A DNA stretch of 32,000 nt, taken from an uncultured bacterium (GTDB lineage Bacteria > Patescibacteriota > Gracilibacteria > UBA1369 > PNNO01). The notes below the pieces were generated by a model. That model was not told the DNA's origin, searched no databases, and saw only the letters and a list, made by a program, of their open reading frames with translations. The DNA lies in assembly GCA_963704705.1 (NCBI GenBank), contig OY969931.1:780001-812000 (forward strand), given 5' to 3'. Every line of letters starts with the position of its first letter. Position 1 is the first letter of the stretch. Positions 19,574 through 26,897 of this stretch are shown piece after piece. The position numbers were made by a program, and so were the translations under genes.

Positions 19574-21426
19574 ATGAATACTGAACCTAAAGACAAAATC
19601 GCAGAAGAATTAAACGCACAACCGGAATTAGCAGACAAAGCAAATGATACAAGTGCCCAAGAATATAATATGGGTGTCTCAGATGAAGTATCTGAGGTTC
19701 TTGAACAAACTGAATTAATCGAAAAAGCAAAAACAGAAGTAACAAAGGCAGTTAAACAAGCAGGAGAAGTTTTGTTACAACTTTTAGGTAAGGTGGATTT
19801 TGAATTTAAAGATGATGGAAGCCATGTTACAAAGGCTGATACAAGAGTGCAGGAATTAATCCGAACTCATTTAAGCGAAGCTTTCCCTGATTTTTCTTTT
19901 ATGGGTGAAGAAGGTGAAGATTCCGGAGTACAAAAGTTTGATTTTGAATGGGTGGTTGATCCATTGGACGGGACTATAAATTTTGGAAATAATATTGATT
20001 TCTTTGCTATATCAGTTGGCTTGAAGTATAAAAACACTCCGGTTTTGGGGGTTGTTTATGTCCCTGCTCAAAAAGAATTAATTACAGGTGATTTAACTGG
20101 TAAAAGCAAATGCAATGATATAGAAATCCAGGAATCAACTGAAAAAAATCATAAGAAAAAACCTTTTGCAGATGGTGTTTGGAATAAAAATACAGTTGTT
20201 TATTCAGAAGAGGCTGCAAAATTAAAAGGTAAGCCTCGAACAATGGGTACAGCAGTTCATACATTAATGGATGTTGCCAAAGGCGGATTCGGTCATGCAG
20301 TTTTATCAAATGTATTTATTTGGAATATTTTAGCTGCAATGCCAATTTTAAAAGGCGCAGGTGCTGATTTGTTAATTTGGCAGGATGGTGAGTGGAAAAA
20401 ATATAATAAATTGACCCTAGTTTATTTAATAAAGAAAACTCTTTTACTGTTTTAGCTGCAAGCAATACTAATCTAGACTATTGCAAAGCTAATATTTCAA
20501 TTGATAAATCACGTGAATTTGATTTTCAGACGAAAAACCACCTTTTGACATAAGCACTACCGATAAAAAAGAAGCTGAATATGATCCTGCAGTACTTGAT
20601 CGTTTTCAATCGTTATTTGCAAAAATAGCAGAGATTACACGAAACGTTATTAATACAGGTAAAAAAGAAATTACTTTAAAAGAGGATGACTCAGAACAAA
20701 CAAACGAAGACGTTAGAATCGAAGAAGAACTCAAAGAATTATTAATGACTGAATTCCCGGATTTTAATTTTATGGGAGAAGAAACACCAAATATATTAAC
20801 TGGCAGCAGATACGGTTTTATTGTTGACCCTATCGACGGCACAACAAATTACTCAAACAATTTACCGTCTTTTGCAACCATAGTTTGTCTGGACTTTTGA
20901 CAGCAAACCTATTGGCGGATTGATTTACTTCCCTAAGCTTGATATGGCGGTTTTCAACAATGCAGATTCGACTTTTATAAGCAGATTTGATCATAATAAT
21001 GAAGCACAAATAGAAAAAGTTGATGTAAAAGATGACTTATTTGAAAATGAAGATGAAAATATTCCATTTGGATTTAGTTCACACGCCAGAAGCAAGATCA
21101 AATATAATAAAGAAGTATCAAAAGTATTTAATCAGCCACGAACATTCGGTTCAGCTGCTTCAGTTATCTCATTTACAGGTACGGGCAGTTTAAGAGGATT
21201 TGTTTTGGCAGGAGCAAAATTATATGATTTTGCAGGAGGTGTGCCTTTAATTGAAAACGGAGGTGGTAAAGTATATATTCTTGATGAGGAAGACGCTTGT
21301 TGGAAAGAATATGATGAAATGTTTGAAAAGCTAATGCAGGAACCTGAAGTTAAAAGATATATAATTGGAGGTGGCCCAAATACAGTTAAAAAATTGATGG
21401 AAAATATGCATCCTGAGGTGAAATAG
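19574..21426 (+). pseudogene. tandem two-domain inositol-monophosphatase-family gene, frameshifted
   Basis: Domain 1: EFKDDGSHVTKADTRVQELI, FMGEEGED, VVDPLDGTINF. Domain 2: FMGEETPN, IVDPIDGTTNYSNNLPSFATIVCLDF|DSKPIGGLIYFPKLDM. Hand translation joins them through frame changes near 20405-20413, 20521-20527 and 20895-20898. Confidence 0.75.
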
Positions 21427-21454
21427 GGGTAATCCTGAGGTGAAATAGGGGTAA
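21411..21454. repeat. 22-bp exact tandem duplication
   Basis: TCCTGAGGTGAAATAGGGGTAA x2 (21411-21432, 21433-21454), abutting repeat copy 3. Confidence 0.95.
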
Positions 21455-21460
21455 TCCTGG

Positions 21461-21613
21461 CCCGGGCCGGCATTTGAACTTTGAGCGATTTTTGGTGCGC
21501 GGTAGGTATACCCGGCCCGGGCCCGGCGTTTGACCTCGGTTCATTTTAGTTGCGCTGTATGCGAAAGTGGTCACGTGACCACTTTTTTTAGAAAAATTTA
21601 ATCAAAATTTAAT
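21461..21613. repeat. intergenic repeat element copy 3
   Basis: CCCGGGCCGGCATTTGAACTTTGAGCGATTTTTGGTGCGCGGTAGGTATACCCGGC + CCCGGGCCCGGCGTTTGACCTCGGTTCATTTTAGTTGCGCTGTATGCG + AAAGTGGTCACGTGACCACTTT + TTTTAGAAAAATTTAATC. Confidence 0.9.
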
Positions 21614-21708
21614 ATTTGTTTGTTATAATATTTACGTGTATTAACAATGTATTGACAATGTAATTACAAGTTTGCTATACTGTAAATGAGAATCTAATCA
21701 CATTTAAT

Positions 21709-21984
21709 ATGGCAACTATACAACTTCGCATTGATAATGCTACAAAAAAATCCGCTAAAATAATTCTGGATAAACTGGGTATTGATATGACTTCTGCGAT
21801 TAAAATCTATTTAAAGCAGATAGTGATAAATAAAGGAATCCCCTTTAAACTGCTGACTGAAAATGGTTTAACCATCAAGCAGGAGAATGAAATACTCAAA
21901 GCTTCAAAAGAAGCTAAAAAAGGAATAGGGGTAACTAAGGCGATGAGTCCTAAAGAGGCGATAGAACATCTAAATAAGCTCTGA
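21709..21984 (+). CDS. RelB/DinJ-family antitoxin
   Basis: 91 aa; IQLRIDNATKKSAKIILDKLGIDMTSAIKIYLKQIVINKGIPFKL. Confidence 0.85.
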   Translation: MATIQLRIDNATKKSAKIILDKLGIDMTSAIKIYLKQIVINKGIPFKLLTENGLTIKQENEILKASKEAKKGIGVTKAMSPKEAIEHLNKL

Positions 21985-22232
21985 TGCAAATTATTAAACG
22001 CAAAAAATTTGATAAAAAATTTAAACAGCTTTCACCTAAACTAAAAGAAAAAATAAAATCTGCCATAAAGCTCTTTGCAGAAGACCCGCACAATCCAATA
22101 TTAAAAAATCATGCATTAAAAGGCCAACTAGAAGGATTACGCGCCTTTTCAGTAACTGGTGACGTAAGGGTTATATTTAAGGCGTATGACGATTACGTGC
22201 TCGTGATTATGCTAGGATGTTGGAATCCATAA
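21984..22232 (+). CDS. RelE/YafQ-family mRNA interferase toxin
   Basis: 82 aa; KFDKKFKQLSPKLKEKIKSAIKLFAEDPHNPILKNHALKGQLEGLRAFSVTGDVRVIFKAYDD...VIMLGCW. Confidence 0.88.
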   Translation: MQIIKRKKFDKKFKQLSPKLKEKIKSAIKLFAEDPHNPILKNHALKGQLEGLRAFSVTGDVRVIFKAYDDYVLVIMLGCWNP

Positions 22233-22305
22233 TCAGGTTTATTAAAACCTGAAAAGAATAAGTTCAGAAAGTGATTATTAGTCCCCCACTCCAACAATTT
22301 ATTTA

Positions 22306-22659
22306 TTAAGAAAGCCTCGATTTTTTCTTTGGATGCAGCAAATCCTCCCCTGTTCGTATATTAATTAGCCTGCTGTTTCTTAGCTGCCCTTTTACTCCGT
22401 CCTGTGGATATCTGTGCCCCCACGCGCAAAAGATTGGCACATGCCAGCATTTGCCTGTTTTTTGGTCGTAAATGTTAGAGATAATTCGGTATTTATGAAC
22501 CGGTGTATTGCATCTTCTACAGATATTGGGATTGCACACGCAGCTAATATCCCACTGCTCACCGTCAAACATGCATTTGCCTTTGTAATGGCCGCATTTA
22601 CTGCATCTTTTAAGTCCTGCAGGGACTTTTGGATTGGATTGTGATTCATTGTAGGGCAC
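22306..22659 (-). CDS. Cys-rich zinc-ribbon-like protein
   Basis: 117 aa, GTG start; CSKCGHYKGKC...CVCNPNICRRCNTPVHKYR. An overlapping ORF (22392..22691) lacks motifs. Confidence 0.6.
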   Translation of the reverse strand: MPYNESQSNPKVPAGLKRCSKCGHYKGKCMFDGEQWDISCVCNPNICRRCNTPVHKYRIISNIYDQKTGKCWHVPIFCAWGHRYPQDGVKGQLRNSRLINIRTGEDLLHPKKKSRLS

Positions 22660-22740
22660 CTGTTCCTTTTGGGAAGTTGCCGGCGGGTCATAGAGTCAAG
22701 TCTCTTAGCCGCGCTCGTGATAAGTTGAGAAGACTAGTTA

Positions 22741-23586
22741 TTATTTCAATTTGTTTTTAGCTTGCTGTCCCGATAAAGGATTACTTTTTGTAATCACGCT
22801 TCGCCCTATTTCTTTTTCTGTATTTTTTCTGGCTTCGCCTGCGATATTTCCACCCCGTCTTGCTACTTTTTTATTTTCGGGTATGCCTTCGGGTTTCTCG
22901 TTTTTTGAGATTTCTGTTGTAACTTTTTCTCCAAGCATAGTGAAAATCAGCTCAAGGTCAGTCATGTTGTCACGCAAATTCGCTTTTGATTTGGTTGGAA
23001 TATTCTTGAATTTCTTGTATTGAGCCGGCGTCATGCCAAAAGTTGCTTTGGAAATTTCAGCGGTTAATATTCCATAATCTTTGTAATTGGATATACCTCT
23101 TTGTTTCCATTCATCTGTAAGATCTTGCCTGATCACAATGCCGCGAAGCCTTTTATCAATCCAGTCTTTGGGATAGCCTTTTTGCTCATAAAGCATTTTC
23201 ATTCTTTCCTGAGCCAACTCCGGATTTTCAATTTCTTCCATTCTTTCATAACCCACTTTTGCCAGCCATCTTTTGAAGGGTTCAGCTTTTGGTGAAGGAA
23301 TAGATTGAATAATACGAAGAAGTCCCTCCGTATTCGCGCAATCTGTAATATACTTTTTCCCGTCAGTAGCTTCCAATTTCAGTCGGTGACAAAATGTCAC
23401 CACCTCACTTCCTTCTTCCCTAAGCCTTTGTGAAAGCTTATTCCAATATTTTCTGGCTGTTTGATAATCCGGATTATCTGTTAAAGCAGAACAAACGTCC
23501 ACTACAGAAAAATACCACTCCTTATTATGCCAGATTCTTCGAATCTGTTTAGATTGAAAAAGAACGAGTTTATTTGAATGATCCAT
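22741..23586 (-). CDS. BRO-N domain protein resembling DNA damage-inducible protein D (DinD)
   Basis: 281 aa; RRIWHNKEWYFSVVDVCSALTD, WNKLSQRLREEG, C-terminal half KFKNIPTKSKANLRDNMTDLELIFTMLGE...GGNIAGEARKNTEKEIG with DinD-like layout. Confidence 0.8.
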   Translation of the reverse strand: MDHSNKLVLFQSKQIRRIWHNKEWYFSVVDVCSALTDNPDYQTARKYWNKLSQRLREEGSEVVTFCHRLKLEATDGKKYITDCANTEGLLRIIQSIPSPKAEPFKRWLAKVGYERMEEIENPELAQERMKMLYEQKGYPKDWIDKRLRGIVIRQDLTDEWKQRGISNYKDYGILTAEISKATFGMTPAQYKKFKNIPTKSKANLRDNMTDLELIFTMLGEKVTTEISKNEKPEGIPENKKVARRGGNIAGEARKNTEKEIGRSVITKSNPLSGQQAKNKLK

Positions 23587-23618
23587 AAGTTTGATATTAC
23601 AAAAATAAATGTGTTTAA

Positions 23619-23647
23619 ATTATAGGTGAGCGTACGCTCACTGTCAA
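23619..23647 (-). promoter_or_regulatory. consensus promoter with palindromic operator in spacer, driving the BRO/DinD-like gene
   Basis: Minus strand TTGACA-GTGAGCGTACGCTCACC-TATAAT: exact -35 and -10, 17-bp spacer, 16-bp perfect palindrome GTGAGCGTACGCTCAC at 23626-23641. Confidence 0.85.
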
Positions 23648-23726
23648 TTAATTTAAGATTTTTTGCGTTTTCTTAGTTCTTTTAATATGGTCATGATATA
23701 ATTTCAAACGATTTAATCCCCTCCCT

Positions 23727-25196
23727 TTGTCTCTATCCAAAACCGACTACAACCAATACCTTCAATGCCCCAAGCAGCTTTGGCTGAGTAAGTTTCGCAA
23801 AGAACTCAAAGCCCCGACCACTGAAGTTCAGCAGAATGTTTTTGACCAGGGGCATGAAGTTGAATCGTACGCGGACAAGTTGTTCCCCGAAGGCGTAACA
23901 GTTAAGGATTGGTACGCGAGAGGCCGCGAAGAAACGCAAAACTACATCAACCAAGGAAAAACAACGATTTTTCAGGCCAATGCGCTCACAAACGACCTAT
24001 ATTGCAAGGCCGACATCCTCCACTTCAACGACGAGACTAAAAAGTGGGACCTTTATGAGGTTAAGTCTTCGACTGAAGTTAAGCCCGAGCATATTCCGGA
24101 TGTGTGTTTTCAGAAAATCGCACTACAACAAGATGGAATCGACATTGATCGCACGTATCTGGTGCATGTTAATAAAAATTACGTACGTCAGGGCGAAATC
24201 GATCCCAAAAAACTGCTGACTTTCGAAGATATAACCGAGGATGTTGAAAACCTGCAACAAATCACTGAAACTCAAATTCCAAAGGCGCTTGAAATTCTAA
24301 AACTCACGCAGGAACCCCAAATTCAGATCGGAAAGCAATGCGATAAGCCGTACGAGTGTCCGTTTAAGCCTTATTGCTGGGCAAATGTTCCGGAGTTTTC
24401 GATTTATGATATTACAAGGATAACCAAAAAGCAGCTTAAAGCCCTGCAAGGCATGAATATTTTGAAGATTGAGGATGTTCCGGATGATTTTGACCTCACC
24501 CCTGCCCAGCAAAATCAGGTTATGGCAACAAAAACTCAAAAGCCGCTGATTGATAAAGAAGCGATTCATGACGAGCTCGCTAAACTCGAATATCCTTTGT
24601 ATTTTCTGGATTATGAAACGTACGGCGGGGCTGTTCCCCTTTTTGACGGACTTAAACCTTACCAGCAAATGCCTTTTCAGTACTCTTTGCATGTTGTTGA
24701 GCAAGAAGGCGCTGAGCCTGAGCATTATGAATATCTGCATCAGGGCAAGGATAATCCGATTCCGGCTTTGCTTGAAAGTATGCGCGCGAATATAGGTGAT
24801 ATTGGCAGTGTGATTGTGTGGTATAAGGGGTTTGAAAAAGGCAGGAATGAAGAGATGGCAGCGATGTATCCGGAGTATGCCGGGTTTTTGAAGTCAGTTA
24901 ACACGCGTGTTTTTGATTTGATGGATATTTTTAAGGCCCAGCATTATGTTGACGTGGGTTTTAAGGGAAGCTGTTCAATAAAAAAGGTTCTTCCTGTTTT
25001 GGTGCCTTCGCTATCGTATGCGGATCTGGAAGATGTGCGGGAAGGCGGAATTGCTTCGCTTTACTGGTTTAAGCATGTTTATGGCGCGGTTGATTCGGCG
25101 ATGCGGAAGCGCGTGTCGGAGAATTTACTTAAGTACTGTGAATTGGATACGTTGGCGATGGCAGAGGTTTGGAGGAGTATGTTAAAATTAAATTAA
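23727..25196 (+). CDS. DUF2779-like dual nuclease (Cas4-like PD-(D/E)XK plus DEDD exonuclease)
   Basis: 489 aa, TTG start; KTDYNQYLQCPKQLW, GHEVESYA, KADILHF...WDLYEVKSS, C-X5-C-X2-C-type cluster CDKPYECPFKPYC, then LYFLDYETYGGAVP, IVWYKGFEKGR, VFDLMDIF, YCELDTLAMAEVW. Confidence 0.85.
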   Translation: MSLSKTDYNQYLQCPKQLWLSKFRKELKAPTTEVQQNVFDQGHEVESYADKLFPEGVTVKDWYARGREETQNYINQGKTTIFQANALTNDLYCKADILHFNDETKKWDLYEVKSSTEVKPEHIPDVCFQKIALQQDGIDIDRTYLVHVNKNYVRQGEIDPKKLLTFEDITEDVENLQQITETQIPKALEILKLTQEPQIQIGKQCDKPYECPFKPYCWANVPEFSIYDITRITKKQLKALQGMNILKIEDVPDDFDLTPAQQNQVMATKTQKPLIDKEAIHDELAKLEYPLYFLDYETYGGAVPLFDGLKPYQQMPFQYSLHVVEQEGAEPEHYEYLHQGKDNPIPALLESMRANIGDIGSVIVWYKGFEKGRNEEMAAMYPEYAGFLKSVNTRVFDLMDIFKAQHYVDVGFKGSCSIKKVLPVLVPSLSYADLEDVREGGIASLYWFKHVYGAVDSAMRKRVSENLLKYCELDTLAMAEVWRSMLKLN

Positions 25197-25197
25197 T

Positions 25198-26043
25198 ATG
25201 AAAAATATAATAGTAAATCAGCCAAAAAGCGACAAAATGGTGGATCAGCTTGCCTCATTGTATTATGCGTTAATTCAACTTGATAAAAATGAAGCAGCCA
25301 ATTTTGATTTATCTCAGTTAAATTTTGTTGGATCTTTGCTTTTAACTACTCTTGCCTCTTACGTCAAAGATACCGATAGTGACTATATATCCCCGGATAA
25401 CGTAGATTTACGTTCTTATTTAAAAACAATAGCTTTTCCAAATTGTCTAAAAACCATATCAAGTATTCAAAAAAGGAAGAACTATTTGCCGCTCAGTTTG
25501 ATTGAGAAATCAAATAATCCCAATGAAAAAGAAGAAATACTTAATTGTTTTTATAATTTAATTTATAAATTAACAGGCGAAATTCCCAAAACACAAAATG
25601 CACTTATTTATCCGATTTCAGAATTAGTAAATAATATTTTTGAGCATAGCAAAAAAAAACAAGGTGTTATCTCGGGACAAACATTTCCCAAAAAGAATTT
25701 TCTTGAAATATCAATTGTAGATCGTGGAAGAGGAATCTCTGCTTCATATAAAGAAGCTTTAAATAAAGAATACACTGATGAAATGGCATTAAAACAAAGT
25801 ATGTTGGGCCAGTCCTCTAAAAGTGATGTAGAAAGAGGATATGGGATTCACACTTCAAAAAGATTGGTATGTACAGGATTGGGTGGTGAGTTTTTATTGC
25901 TTTCCGGTAATGCCGCATTAATATCTACCCCCAAAAGAGATAAAATTTTCACTTTGCCTAAATTTTATTGGCAAGGTGTGATAATATCATATCGAATACC
26001 GTTCCCCAAGTCCCCTATTGAAATATATAAGTATGTGGAGTAA
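25198..26043 (+). CDS. GHKL (HATPase) ATP-binding protein
   Basis: 281 aa; N-box ISELVNNIFEHS, G1 IVDRGRGIS, G2 RGYGIHTSKRLV, GxGGxF-type region. Confidence 0.85.
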   Translation: MKNIIVNQPKSDKMVDQLASLYYALIQLDKNEAANFDLSQLNFVGSLLLTTLASYVKDTDSDYISPDNVDLRSYLKTIAFPNCLKTISSIQKRKNYLPLSLIEKSNNPNEKEEILNCFYNLIYKLTGEIPKTQNALIYPISELVNNIFEHSKKKQGVISGQTFPKKNFLEISIVDRGRGISASYKEALNKEYTDEMALKQSMLGQSSKSDVERGYGIHTSKRLVCTGLGGEFLLLSGNAALISTPKRDKIFTLPKFYWQGVIISYRIPFPKSPIEIYKYVE

Positions 26044-26071
26044 TATATAAGATCCTCAAATAATTTATATT

Positions 26072-26407
26072 ATGAATAATGAAACAACAAAAAGAATAAA
26101 GATAATTGATATTGTTGGCGCTAACACAATTTCTTCAAGAGATGTTGTTATAAATTTTCTGCCAATTATCAAGAAAAATTTAAAAAACTCTATTGTTTTC
26201 GATTTTTCAGATATAAATTTTATTTCAAGGTCAGCTGCGCATGAACTTATTAAGCTTAAAACAAAATATTTTAATATTACATTTAGCAATTTGGCGGATG
26301 AAGTATCTGAAATGCTTAGGATAATTGCCGCAAACATTGCTTCACCAAAAAAATCACAAGACGAATTTTCACCGGAAAAAACTACTTTTAGTGCGTTGTT
26401 AAACTAA
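26072..26407 (+). CDS. STAS-like DUF4325 domain protein
   Basis: 111 aa; SSRDVVINFLPIIKKNLKNSIVFDFSDINFISRSAAHELIKL, typical of STAS-like DUF4325. Confidence 0.8.
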   Translation: MNNETTKRIKIIDIVGANTISSRDVVINFLPIIKKNLKNSIVFDFSDINFISRSAAHELIKLKTKYFNITFSNLADEVSEMLRIIAANIASPKKSQDEFSPEKTTFSALLN

Positions 26408-26410
26408 TTT

Positions 26411-26884
26411 TTGAATAAGATTGATCAAGAAAAAAGAGAATTCCTTAAAGAACATTATCACTATGAAGTTGAAATGATGATTTTATCATTTCAATCAAAA
26501 TTAAATATTAATTATGATAAAACTTCTTTTTTAAATAACCTTTTAATAGAAAACTTTTTATTACATTCTAGAGGTTTAATGGAATTTTATTTTTTTGATA
26601 TTAAGAAATTTAAAGATGATGATGTATTAGCATCAGATTTGATTGCAAACTGGAAAAAATTAAGACCTTATGAGTATAAAGATGTGGAATATATTAAAAA
26701 AAGGATTGATAAAGAACTTGCTCATCTTACTTGGTCTAGAAAAGATCCTAATGATATAACTAGAAATTGGGATTTGAATGAAATATTTAATATTCTAAGT
26801 CATACAACTAAAATTTTCATTAATAATTTATCTAAAAATTTAATAAATAAAAAAATAACTGAACTTAAAGAAATGATACAATAA
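26411..26884 (+). CDS. uncharacterised alpha-helical protein (possibly HEPN-like)
   Basis: 157 aa; TTG/ATT region start, ENFLLHSRGLMEFYF and YIKKRIDKELAHLTWSRKD. 3 bp after the STAS-like gene. Confidence 0.6.
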   Translation: MNKIDQEKREFLKEHYHYEVEMMILSFQSKLNINYDKTSFLNNLLIENFLLHSRGLMEFYFFDIKKFKDDDVLASDLIANWKKLRPYEYKDVEYIKKRIDKELAHLTWSRKDPNDITRNWDLNEIFNILSHTTKIFINNLSKNLINKKITELKEMIQ

Positions 26885-26897
26885 CAATGCTGTTATT

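Noticed and set aside
14823-21613. Integron attC sites as an explanation for the CCCGGG repeats
   Set aside because: No RYYYAAC/GTTRRRY boxes or imperfect hairpin layout typical of attC, and no integrase in the window.
22392-22691. Minus-strand 99-aa ORF overlapping the zinc-ribbon-like gene
   Set aside because: Alternative frame without recognisable motifs; the Cys-rich frame is more protein-like, though confidence is moderate.
22751-23295. Plus-strand ORFs inside 22741..23586
   Set aside because: Antisense shadows of the BRO/DinD-like gene, no motifs.
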